Shown in pieces: positions 30,005 through 37,786 of a DNA stretch of 64,000 nucleotides; within the stretch, counting starts at the first letter, position 1, and every line of letters begins with the position of its first letter. The translations under genes and the position numbers were made by a program. Below the pieces are notes generated by a model, which was not told the origin of the DNA, did not search any database, and worked only from the letters and a program-made list of their open reading frames with translations. Origin of the DNA: a virus; IMG/VR virus record IMGVR_UViG_3300030107_000800, positions 14,501 to 78,500 of that record. One strand, given 5' to 3'.

Positions 30005-30111
30005 TTAGGACATACAATTTCTTTACCATTGTATCCTGCCCTAGTGTAACGATTGACTTTACTCATAATACTGTGGTCTTTGCTTAGGATACTGTTGAGT
30101 AATATTATCAA
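29905..30111 (-). CDS. Small zinc-ribbon protein (probable start MSKVNRY)
   Basis: CPKC...CQCC. Confidence 0.7.
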   Translation of the reverse strand: MIILLNSILSKDHSIMSKVNRYTRAGYNGKEIVCPKCQQYNRVYHFCWSAITCQCCRESVNKSDWEVA

Positions 30112-30304
30112 CTAACTCATCATACAACTCAGGATCATAATTATCAATTTCTTCTTTTATCTCATCACTGCTGCACTTTTCATAGTATTCAGTCAGTTGA
30201 TCTGTTACTACTGCAACTAGAGTTTTGAGATCCATGCCATCTACAATTATTTCAACAAATTGTGATGCCACTTCTCTGTCTTGATCTTTGGTTAGATTAG
30301 GCAT
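30059..30304 (-). CDS. Small acidic protein
   Basis: ORF track; AGGAGG SD. Confidence 0.75.
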   Translation of the reverse strand: MPNLTKDQDREVASQFVEIIVDGMDLKTLVAVVTDQLTEYYEKCSSDEIKEEIDNYDPELYDELVDNITQQYPKQRPQYYE

Positions 30305-30455
30305 AGTGTCCTCCTTGTGCCTGTTCGACTGCTACCACATACCCAGTTCTTTCAAAGTATTCATGTGCTATATTACTTGCTTCTTCCAGTGATTTTGTAA
30401 ATTTAACTGGACTGGTGAATACACAATAGAATTGTGGAAGATCGGGATTGAGCAT
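30297..30455 (-). CDS. Small early protein, 52 aa
   Basis: Translated by hand: MLNPDLPQFYCVF... Confidence 0.65.
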   Translation of the reverse strand: MLNPDLPQFYCVFTSPVKFTKSLEEASNIAHEYFERTGYVVAVEQAQGGHYA

Positions 30456-30480
30456 AAGTGCCTTGCTTGACTACCTTTAT

Positions 30481-30535
30481 ATAATAACAGACCATGAGAG
30501 ATTATCCCATGGCCTTGTGACACTAATCTAACTGG
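30481..30535 (-). promoter_or_regulatory. Early promoter, class A
   Basis: TATTAT at 30481-86; ggccttgtgacactaatctaactg identical to the copy at 29219. Confidence 0.75.
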
Positions 30536-30538
30536 TTG

Positions 30539-30844
30539 TTACTTGCGTGTGTTTTCCACATCATACTCTATGATGATCTTCTTAGATGCTCTACCAACAC
30601 TATTAAGTGTCTCAATACGCTCTACACTTCCGTTTAGACACGCTGCTATCTGAAGTATTTCAGATATTAGTTCACCTCTATCCATATACATGAACTGATC
30701 CTCCTGTAGGCGACTACAAGAGATCTCAGTGTCATCCTCGTAACACTTCACATCATTATTGTTCATTTTGTTTGATCTCCTTCCAGTGGGCATACATTCT
30801 TCCGAATAACATTCCTTCATGCGATTTGATTGAATCACCCTCAA
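30539..30844 (-). CDS. Hypothetical protein (start uncertain)
   Basis: ORF track. Confidence 0.55.
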   Translation of the reverse strand: MRVIQSNRMKECYSEECMPTGRRSNKMNNNDVKCYEDDTEISCSRLQEDQFMYMDRGELISEILQIAACLNGSVERIETLNSVGRASKKIIIEYDVENTRK

Positions 30845-31328
30845 GAATCTCTCTCTGTCTCTTGTCTAACGTCACATTCATTGAGAGATATTCTTTCTCC
30901 CAGTTCTGTATTTGCTCAACACTGAGTTTCATTGTGTAATAATGATCGTATGATTATTTGTTTGGACATTAAAATGTTTCTGAACATTCATGTTATTGTC
31001 TAGCATGTGTTTTGCTAGATCTTGTAACAGTCTTTCAGTGGCAACTGTCATAGGGATGATGTTACCATGATCGGATTTATCCATCGTCCATTTTGCTTTC
31101 TTCATTGTTAAGTATCAATTTTAGTAAGTATATTGGTATGAGAGCGAGCGAACCGCCGAGCATTGTGAATACTACTATAGAATATAGATCAATTAGATTA
31201 TTTGCCATTATTCCAAGGCATTGTATTACCAGTTTCATTATAAGGAAATAGTTTATGTTCCTTGCGGTAGTGTACTATTTCCATGATGTCATCACGTTTT
31301 GCAATACATTGACGAATTAGATATTCTA

Positions 31329-31487
31329 TCATAAAAGAATTGCACCTATGATGAATCCCTTAGCGAAACTTATACAAACTACTTGATAGTCTGTCCATCC
31401 AAATTTGTCTTGACACTTCTTGATAAGTTTCTTATCCCAAGTAACTATCTTGTCAAATATTTGTGATGCTTTATTACCTAATTTCAT
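31329..31487 (-). CDS. Small membrane protein, 52 aa, resembling a Prochlorococcus conserved hypothetical
   Basis: Translated by hand: ...DKKLIKKCQDKFGWTDYQVVCISFAKGFIIGAILL. Confidence 0.7.
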   Translation of the reverse strand: MKLGNKASQIFDKIVTWDKKLIKKCQDKFGWTDYQVVCISFAKGFIIGAILL

Positions 31488-31690
31488 TTCTTTTTAATAT
31501 AATGGTTAATTACTTCTATTTGGTCATGCCATCGAGCGATCTTGTCTATTTCCTGTTGCATTGCTTCAGTAATATCAGGATGCTCACCTATACCAACAGG
31601 ATTATTTAGATATACTTCAATATTGGCAAGGTGCATCTGGATTTCACCATTTGCATGTGCTAGTAGTGCCTTGATTAGTTGTTCTCTCAT
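31484..31690 (-). CDS. Conserved phage hypothetical (start MREQLIKAL)
   Basis: ANIEVYLNNPVGIGEHPD motif. Confidence 0.8.
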   Translation of the reverse strand: MREQLIKALLAHANGEIQMHLANIEVYLNNPVGIGEHPDITEAMQQEIDKIARWHDQIEVINHYIKKK

Positions 31691-31755
31691 AGTTACAAAT
31701 GATACAATTAAAAATATATAGGTATAAATTTTTGTGTCTATTTCAACACTCTTTA

Positions 31756-31763
31756 TATAAATA
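31756..31763 (+). promoter_or_regulatory. Late promoter TATAAATA on the plus strand
   Basis: Perfect consensus upstream of the only convincing plus-strand gene. Confidence 0.7.
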
Positions 31764-31845
31764 ATAGTAGAATTGAGGAAGAGCAAGATGTACCCAAAAC
31801 ACATACATTATGCTGTCCACCGAATACAATTAATGGTTTAATCTC

Positions 31846-32025
31846 ATGCACAATATAATTTCTCAAAATAGAATGGCAAACTGGAATCATCATAGTTACG
31901 ACACTTATGCCGTTAGTCATCAAATGGATGACGAAATGTTAGATGATTACTACGAGTGCCTTATTGAGTGTGAAGATAACCAGTCTAGTTGTAAGAGGAT
32001 ATGTAGAGAATTACTGATAACATAG
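31846..32025 (+). CDS. 59-aa protein with a CxxxC-x6-CxxxC C-terminus
   Basis: Translated by hand: MHNIISQNRMANW...DDYYECLIECEDNQSSCKRICRELLIT; has its own promoter and terminator. Confidence 0.8.
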   Translation: MHNIISQNRMANWNHHSYDTYAVSHQMDDEMLDDYYECLIECEDNQSSCKRICRELLIT

Positions 32026-32050
32026 GCCAAGACAATTAAATAACTGTCAC

Positions 32051-32083
32051 AAGACCTCTGAGAATCCTCTCAGGGGTCTTTTA
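32051..32083. terminator. Terminator hairpin between convergent genes
   Basis: aagacctctgag...ctcaggggtctt followed by tt. Confidence 0.8.
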
Positions 32084-32088
32084 ATATG

Positions 32089-32340
32089 TTATCTGATAAT
32101 CATAGGGTGATCTTCCCATCCTCGTCCTGTATGGGGAACAGGGATGACTTTAGGAGTAGGTATTTCAATTAAGACTTTAATTCCACTCATTAAAGTATCA
32201 ATGGAATTACTCATCTTACGATAACCAGTACCGACATACAACTGACCTGCGAACACTGATACTGTTGCTGCACCCCAGAATAGATAATAAAATCTACTCT
32301 TTACTTGATGTCTTAGTTTTTCTTTGTTCTTTTTGGTCAT
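32089..32340 (-). CDS. Hypothetical membrane-anchored protein
   Basis: KSRFYYLFWGAATVSVFAGQLYVG. Confidence 0.75.
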   Translation of the reverse strand: MTKKNKEKLRHQVKSRFYYLFWGAATVSVFAGQLYVGTGYRKMSNSIDTLMSGIKVLIEIPTPKVIPVPHTGRGWEDHPMIIR

Positions 32341-32611
32341 AGTATTTCAATAAGTTAAATTCAGACTCTTGTAATTTGAGTCGTTCAAGGTGCTTTCTTG
32401 CATCAATTATATCCCTGAACCATGCACGATTGAAAGCATCTTTTTTTGTTGGTTCAAGGTAGATAGGGAACATTGTGTAAGGAAAATTCTCTTTGCTCCT
32501 GCAATACTTTGCTTCTATCTTATCATAATTGATTTTACGTTTACGTCCGCTTGTCCTCCGCTTAGTTAATTTCTTTGCATTTTCATCAAAGTTACGCTGA
32601 GTTCTTGCCAT
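32294..32611 (-). CDS. Hypothetical basic protein
   Basis: ORF track. Confidence 0.7.
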   Translation of the reverse strand: MARTQRNFDENAKKLTKRRTSGRKRKINYDKIEAKYCRSKENFPYTMFPIYLEPTKKDAFNRAWFRDIIDARKHLERLKLQESEFNLLKYYDQKEQRKTKTSSKE

Positions 32612-32727
32612 TTAGTTCATCAATTAATGATCTTAGTTGATTAATTCTTTGAAGTAATATCTCTGACTTCTCATCATCTGACTCGTTAAATGCAGTCATA
32701 TAATCGAGAATCAATGATCTTAGTTCC

Positions 32728-33039
32728 TCACTCTTTGCATGATTCATAGAGTTCTTGGAGTTCATCCTCATTATAGAATAGAGTTGACTCAGTATTTAAT
32801 AGATCTGGGTTCAACCACTCGAACCATTCATCCGCAAAATATAATGCGGAATCTACGCAATCCGTTGCCATTAGTGACTGGAATCGTTCAACAACCCAGT
32901 CACGAAGCACTTCGCGTTGTGCGGAAACTATACTCAATTCCTGCTCATTTACAGTTAGATCTTCATTGTTCATTGGAAAATTCCACTTTAAGTTTAGCAT
33001 CAGCGAGTGCTGCCACCATTGTCCATGCGGTCTCTCCAC
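32728..33039 (-). CDS. Hypothetical acidic protein (probable start MNNEDL)
   Basis: ORF track. Confidence 0.65.
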   Translation of the reverse strand: MERPHGQWWQHSLMLNLKWNFPMNNEDLTVNEQELSIVSAQREVLRDWVVERFQSLMATDCVDSALYFADEWFEWLNPDLLNTESTLFYNEDELQELYESCKE

Positions 33040-33129
33040 TCACCATATTTGTATCACAATAATACTCAATAGTATCCTCAAGTAATTCCTTGATTTCTAC
33101 GAGTTGTGATGCTCTTTCATTAGAAATAT

Positions 33130-33420
33130 TCATCGTCTTACCAGTGTAAGGTCATTGGTCAAGTGATTGTATGAATAAAATGCCAATTCACTTGGTAATA
33201 CTTCTTCTATTGCTTTACAGAACTCAAGTGTAAAGAAAGACTGGTATCTCCAGAATTTCTTCTCTTCATCTGAGTGTGGTAATGCACTGGTCTTAACTTT
33301 AATAGTATATTGCTTAGAATCCTCTAACTTAATTTCAGATAGAAGTTCCTTAACATGAGCAACAATCATAGGTGCTGCTTTCTGTGCCTTCAATTTAGTA
33401 AGTGATGGAAGATTTTTCAT
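33130..33420 (-). CDS. Hypothetical protein (start MKNLPS)
   Basis: ORF track; sigma70 promoter upstream. Confidence 0.7.
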   Translation of the reverse strand: MKNLPSLTKLKAQKAAPMIVAHVKELLSEIKLEDSKQYTIKVKTSALPHSDEEKKFWRYQSFFTLEFCKAIEEVLPSELAFYSYNHLTNDLTLVRR

Positions 33421-33440
33421 TAAAAAGATGCAATGGGAAT

Positions 33441-33480
33441 AGTATAGCATGAAAAATGGATGCAGTCAAGACTACATCCA
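33441..33480 (-). promoter_or_regulatory. sigma70 promoter TTGACT-N17-TATACT overlapping a terminator hairpin
   Basis: -35 at 33464-69 inside TGGATGTAGTCTTGACTGCATCCA-TTTTT; -10 at 33441-46. Confidence 0.75.
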
Positions 33481-33489
33481 CTATTGAAT

Positions 33490-33957
33490 TTATCTCATAT
33501 ATAAATATCCTCCTGACCAGTCACAACTCAGTAAGCAATTCTCTCTTGACTTATCATCAAGTAAGTTGTATCTTACATGTTGTGCTGGTTTTGCCCAACC
33601 TGCTGGTTTGTAAACATCACCAGTGATCTTATCAACAAAAGCATGAACACTACCATCACGATACTCATTACGATTTTGGAATGTATCGTAATCTTGTTGG
33701 ATGATCTTGAAATACTTTCTGCCTGATTGAACTCTGAATCTCATCAAGTTAGCAGTACCATTATCTAATGCTGCTAATTGACCCTTGGCATAATCAGATA
33801 AATCTGTTCTGCCATTTGAGAATCTCTCAACATTGCCCTCAATCATTCTTCTATGGTATCCTTCATACTGTGCTGCTAGTGCATCACATAAGTCATCAAC
33901 ATACTGTCTGACTTGTTCTGTTTTGGAAACGAATAATGTTTTGGACATAAACCTCAA
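33490..33957 (-). CDS. Conserved phage hypothetical protein
   Basis: GRKYFKI...SVHAFVDKITGDVYKPAGWAKPA..VRYNL motif. Confidence 0.85.
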   Translation of the reverse strand: MRFMSKTLFVSKTEQVRQYVDDLCDALAAQYEGYHRRMIEGNVERFSNGRTDLSDYAKGQLAALDNGTANLMRFRVQSGRKYFKIIQQDYDTFQNRNEYRDGSVHAFVDKITGDVYKPAGWAKPAQHVRYNLLDDKSRENCLLSCDWSGGYLYMR

Positions 33958-33971
33958 TGTATTTTAAGTGA

Positions 33972-34057
33972 GAGAAACAAAATCCCAGATGTCTGACCTA
34001 TGCTAACTTGTTTACCAAGTCTAATTAAGATCTCAGGGATGGGATTTCGTTTCCCAT
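33972..34057 (-). ncRNA. Putative structured leader RNA (~85 nt)
   Basis: 16-bp closing stem with two G-U pairs that form only on the minus strand; starts at the predicted TSS. Confidence 0.6.
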
Positions 34058-34063
34058 ATTCTT

Positions 34064-34119
34064 ATTATACATCAGTTGAGGATGTTGTCTCTGTGGCCTG
34101 TGCCACTTTCTCAACTGGT
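34064..34119 (-). promoter_or_regulatory. Early promoter, class A
   Basis: TATAAT at 34064-69; gtgccactttctcaactgg at 34100. Confidence 0.75.
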
Positions 34120-34367
34120 TTTGATTTGCTGCTTTCCTGTGCCTTTGCCTTTATACTATCAATGGTCTTTAATGACCATGAATATACGTTCTTAGCAGTA
34201 GGTACAATAACATCAGTGGTAAATTCATCCCACTCATATAGATGTATCTGCCAACGTACCTTGGCATCTTCAATGTATTCACCTAGACTGATATGTGTTT
34301 CATCAGGTCTATCTGTTGGTGGTTTGTAGAGACTGCCTTTAACTTTTGGTCGTGGTGATTCAGTCAT
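34065..34367 (-). CDS. Hypothetical protein
   Basis: ORF track. Confidence 0.7.
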   Translation of the reverse strand: MTESPRPKVKGSLYKPPTDRPDETHISLGEYIEDAKVRWQIHLYEWDEFTTDVIVPTAKNVYSWSLKTIDSIKAKAQESSKSKPVEKVAQATETTSSTDV

Positions 34368-34385
34368 AGCATTGTATAATATGTA

Positions 34386-34763
34386 CTATTTGGTATTTAT
34401 TCTAACTGGTACATCTATCGTCCAAGAGGGTGATGATAACTTAACCATCTTAAATTGTTTCTTTGCTGCTTCTCTTGCCTTTGCTGCTTTCTCCAGTTGA
34501 TTTAATTCCTTTTCACGACCTGCTTCAGGTTGTATCTCACCATAATGAGTATCCCATATCTCAGGATGTTCGTGATTATCAAAGAACTCTAAGATAGAGG
34601 TATCTACCATGTGATACAATGTATCCCATGTTAATGTTCTTCTTAATTTCTCAGCAATATAATCATTCTGATTAACAGACATTTCTTGCTTAAGAAATTC
34701 ACCTCTATCCCATACGAGTCCATTGAGATCAATGGTAATAGTTACGTTAGAATGAATACTCAT
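34386..34763 (-). CDS. Hypothetical protein
   Basis: ORF track. Confidence 0.75.
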   Translation of the reverse strand: MSIHSNVTITIDLNGLVWDRGEFLKQEMSVNQNDYIAEKLRRTLTWDTLYHMVDTSILEFFDNHEHPEIWDTHYGEIQPEAGREKELNQLEKAAKAREAAKKQFKMVKLSSPSWTIDVPVRINTK

Positions 34764-35017
34764 TAGTCGTTAAATCCATTGTGAATACCTTCAATTAAAT
34801 CTGCCTGAGCCCCTAGTTTGGTAACAACAGTACGAGCATTGACACCAAATGCGTCAGCACTTTTCCCAACTGCATTTCCTTTTGATGCCATAATAAGGTC
34901 AATTAGAAAATCACATTCTTTGGCATCTAATCTGTTTTTCATGTCTCTAATAAAACTATTTGTTGTCATCATCAACCTCCGTAATTTCTGATAGTTTTCT
35001 AAGGATACTTTGACCAT
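34763..35017 (-). CDS. Hypothetical protein (probable start MKNRLD)
   Basis: ORF track. Confidence 0.6.
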   Translation of the reverse strand: MVKVSLENYQKLRRLMMTTNSFIRDMKNRLDAKECDFLIDLIMASKGNAVGKSADAFGVNARTVVTKLGAQADLIEGIHNGFND

Positions 35018-35150
35018 CCTTGTCTTCGTCAGGAGTAAACTCTGACCATTGTTGTTCTAAACAATATGCAATGAGATTGAACTCATTTTCATTTAATTTT
35101 ATATGCGAAGCATATAAATTAGGTTCATCAGGAGTAATAATTAATGCCAT
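34956..35150 (-). CDS. Small acidic protein
   Basis: ORF track; AGGAGG SD. Confidence 0.7.
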   Translation of the reverse strand: MALIITPDEPNLYASHIKLNENEFNLIAYCLEQQWSEFTPDEDKDGQSILRKLSEITEVDDDNK

Positions 35151-35151
35151 T

Positions 35152-35382
35152 TTAAATTCCTCCTTTAATTGTTAATGAACCTCCATGATTCCATGCGTTA
35201 TATAAACATGATTGATGGATAGAAAGAAGATTTTCAAGATTAACACCTTCTAAATCTGTCCACTCTGAAACATAATCAGAACAGTCAAAATCTCCTGTTC
35301 CATCTATATGTTGTGGACATGATCTAAATTCATTATCATTATCTACCCAAAAGATTCGTCCAAAAGATTCACTGTGGAACAT
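35152..35382 (-). CDS. Hypothetical early protein
   Basis: ORF track; GAGG SD; downstream of a structured leader. Confidence 0.75.
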   Translation of the reverse strand: MFHSESFGRIFWVDNDNEFRSCPQHIDGTGDFDCSDYVSEWTDLEGVNLENLLSIHQSCLYNAWNHGGSLTIKGGI

Positions 35383-35402
35383 TAGTTGACCTCAAATAAA
35401 AG

Positions 35403-35545
35403 AAATGTTGAGAGAGTGGGGCATCGACATAGGTTTCACCTATATGCCCAAATTTACCTACTGGGAATCGCTTACACCTGAATACAAGGTCAGGTACTAA
35501 CTCAGTCAATGTTCGGGCAGTAGAACCACATATCCCTCAACATTT
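35403..35545 (-). ncRNA. Putative multi-stem structured RNA (~140 nt)
   Basis: 13-bp closing stem plus internal stems and a GAAA-loop hairpin; starts at the predicted TSS. Confidence 0.65.
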
Positions 35546-35547
35546 AT

Positions 35548-35604
35548 ATAATACATCATTTTGAACCCAATGCTCGTGGCCTTGTGACACTTATTATTCT
35601 GTCC
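35548..35604 (-). promoter_or_regulatory. Early promoter, class A
   Basis: TATTAT at 35548-53; ggccttgtgacac with the palindrome at 35584. Confidence 0.7.
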
Positions 35605-35941
35605 CTAATCTTTCCTCTTTGGTTCTCTTCTTGATAAACTTTAGATTCTTCCAATCCTCCTCGTAACAAAGTAGCAAGGTATGTATCATCTTATGGTGAT
35701 CGTTTTTTGCATACCTACATTTAGGTTTGGGTTTAACACCAGTTTCAATAGTAATATAACGAGGATGTGGTCTCCCTTTAAGATCATGTGAAATTCCTTC
35801 ACACTTAAAATAGACCCATCCCTCATCATAACCATATTCACCCTGATCCCAGACTACATAGTCGTCAACTTCAGGTTCATACATGTTAATCGTCTGATTT
35901 TTTAATACCAGTGATTTCATCGTAGAACTCGAATGGTTCAC
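35594..35941 (-). CDS. Hypothetical protein (probable start MYEPEVDDYV)
   Basis: YEPEVDDYVVW..EGWVYFKC..YITIETGVK pattern. Confidence 0.75.
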   Translation of the reverse strand: MNHSSSTMKSLVLKNQTINMYEPEVDDYVVWDQGEYGYDEGWVYFKCEGISHDLKGRPHPRYITIETGVKPKPKCRYAKNDHHKMIHTLLLCYEEDWKNLKFIKKRTKEERLGTE

Positions 35942-36113
35942 GATTCTTGTTGCTTGTTTTAGGAATATTGAATAGATCTCTGAACTCTTTCATTTGATCT
36001 ATCTGGTCTTGTAGTTTGTCTATCTGCCTTTGTAGAATTTCAAAATTTCTTTCATTATTATTCTGCATCATCAAGAAGTTCTTGATTGCTGCTTTAAACT
36101 CATCTTCTTTCAC
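35886..36113 (-). CDS. Hypothetical coiled-coil protein
   Basis: ORF track; AGGAGG SD, GTG start. Confidence 0.7.
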   Translation of the reverse strand: MKEDEFKAAIKNFLMMQNNNERNFEILQRQIDKLQDQIDQMKEFRDLFNIPKTSNKNREPFEFYDEITGIKKSDD

Positions 36114-36125
36114 GTTAAGAACCTC

Positions 36126-36668
36126 CTAATATAATTCGTGTAATTTGTATAAACTGATGAGATCTACGTTAGCGGACACACAATTATTATGTGCTTCCTG
36201 ACTCTCTTGTCTATCTACAATAGTAATTATACGATCAACTTGATATTCAAGTTCCCTGAGTCTTACCACTGCTTGTATTGATGAACTAGCAGTTGTCACT
36301 ACATCTTCAAGGACTGCAATTTTACTACCTTTGGGTGGAAGTTTACCTTCTACCCATTTATTAGTGCCATAACCTTTAGGTTTCTTCCTAACGATTAAGG
36401 CATCTACATTGTTATGATTCTTGCTAAGATATGATGCCATTGATACACCAGTTACTAAAGGATCAGCACCTAATGTTAATCCTGCAACTGCAATCGTATC
36501 AGGTTCTATACATTCTAGCATCAAACATGATGCCATAGATATACCTTCAGCACTTAATGTAACTGGTTTACAGTTTACATAATGTTCGCTATGTTTACCA
36601 GAAGATAATACATAGTTACCTCTTTTATAGGCATATTGTTTTAACAATTCAAGGAAATCTTTCTGCAT
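36126..36668 (-). CDS. pyrE: Orotate phosphoribosyltransferase
   Basis: LSSGKHSEHYVNCK, AGLTLGADP, VRKKPKGYGT, PRPP-binding VLEDVVTTASS. Confidence 0.95.
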   Translation of the reverse strand: MQKDFLELLKQYAYKRGNYVLSSGKHSEHYVNCKPVTLSAEGISMASCLMLECIEPDTIAVAGLTLGADPLVTGVSMASYLSKNHNNVDALIVRKKPKGYGTNKWVEGKLPPKGSKIAVLEDVVTTASSSIQAVVRLRELEYQVDRIITIVDRQESQEAHNNCVSANVDLISLYKLHELY

Positions 36669-36808
36669 ATTAATAATAACAATTAATTAATATCTTTCAG
36701 GTATTTCATTATACCTATCAGTTCTATTTTCCTTTGATTCTTTACATTTAGTGTCCGAATCTTCAGTTGATTCTTTATACTTAGGGTCAGGATCTTTCGG
36801 TCTAAGTT

Positions 36809-37507
36809 TCATTTTTCCAATCCTAATTTAGATTTGACAAAATTACATAACAATTTGACAAAAGATTTAGAAGCACTACCTTCTAACTCTTCAAACATAT
36901 ACATATTCAACTTGAATGCATAATTGGCCTCGCGTATGATGAGGTCTACATCATCTTGTCCTACGTCAAGTCCGTCTAAAAGCTGACGGTACACTTTTTT
37001 GTAATTTTTAGAATCTGAGATTTCTGAAAAATCGTAAAAACTCAATCCTTTGCCTTTTTCAGGTTTAAGAGAATTTTCAGCAATGCCTCTAAGTATTTGA
37101 CCTCCAGAGAGGTCACCCAAGTATCGGGTGTAATGATGACCAACCAATAGGTTGGGATCATCTTTTGCAATTTCACGAATCCTGTTAACATACTTCACAC
37201 ATGCCTCTGATTGTTTAATCTCGGTCTCCCAAGATGGGCCATAATAATATGACAGATCCTCCTTGAGTGACTCTTTACGAGGTAACTCTGGTAGATTGAT
37301 CTTACCAACTACAGGATGATCTTTAAGTGCTTCTACCTCTTCCTCCATTGCAGAGTAAACAAAGTAGAAGTTAGCAATTAATTTACGATACTCTTGTGGA
37401 TCTAAGACACCACGAAGAAATGAAGCAACGAACTTGGTGTTCTCTGCTGCTGAGTGAGACTCTTTAGTCCCTTGTTTAATTTGTGCTGCAAAATCTGCGA
37501 CTGCCAT
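36809..37507 (-). CDS. ho1: Heme oxygenase
   Basis: GTKESHSAAENT (proximal His), HHYTRYLGDLSGGQIL, EANYAFKLNM. Confidence 0.96.
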   Translation of the reverse strand: MAVADFAAQIKQGTKESHSAAENTKFVASFLRGVLDPQEYRKLIANFYFVYSAMEEEVEALKDHPVVGKINLPELPRKESLKEDLSYYYGPSWETEIKQSEACVKYVNRIREIAKDDPNLLVGHHYTRYLGDLSGGQILRGIAENSLKPEKGKGLSFYDFSEISDSKNYKKVYRQLLDGLDVGQDDVDLIIREANYAFKLNMYMFEELEGSASKSFVKLLCNFVKSKLGLEK

Positions 37508-37509
37508 AA

Positions 37510-37707
37510 TTAATCATCAATATATTTTCTTGGGTTAGACATCCCACGAACATACTCAACTACCTGTTCTCTTAACATCATTAGATCGTCATAACACTCT
37601 TGGTTATGAGCACATCCTCTGAGTCTAGTGTCAGGTTTATATAATGACTCTAATAACAGAGTCCTAGCACGATCCCATGATTCATGTGATTTAGAAGGAG
37701 TGGTCAT
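37510..37707 (-). CDS. Hypothetical protein
   Basis: ORF track. Confidence 0.75.
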   Translation of the reverse strand: MTTPSKSHESWDRARTLLLESLYKPDTRLRGCAHNQECYDDLMMLREQVVEYVRGMSNPRKYIDD

Positions 37708-37729
37708 GTGCTTTTAATAGTGTAAGTAT

Positions 37730-37786
37730 ATTATAGGTGTTCTTGCAATTCAATGGGGTTGCCTTGTGACACTTCTTTTTGTGTCC
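37730..37786 (-). promoter_or_regulatory. Early promoter, class A, upstream of the ho1-pyrE operon
   Basis: TATAAT at 37730-35; gtgacacttctttttgtgtcc at 37766. Confidence 0.65.

Noticed and set aside
27212-34329. Plus-strand ORFs 27212..27403, 28301..28501, 32739..33062 and 34000..34329
   Set aside because: They are antisense to promoters or to better-supported minus-strand genes.
33972-35545. tRNA or hammerhead interpretation of the structured RNAs
   Set aside because: No T-loop/anticodon cloverleaf and no CUGANGA core.
24031-37786. CRISPR-like array from the recurring palindromes
   Set aside because: Copies are degenerate, hundreds to thousands of bases apart, separated by genes and tied to -10 boxes; no cas genes are present.
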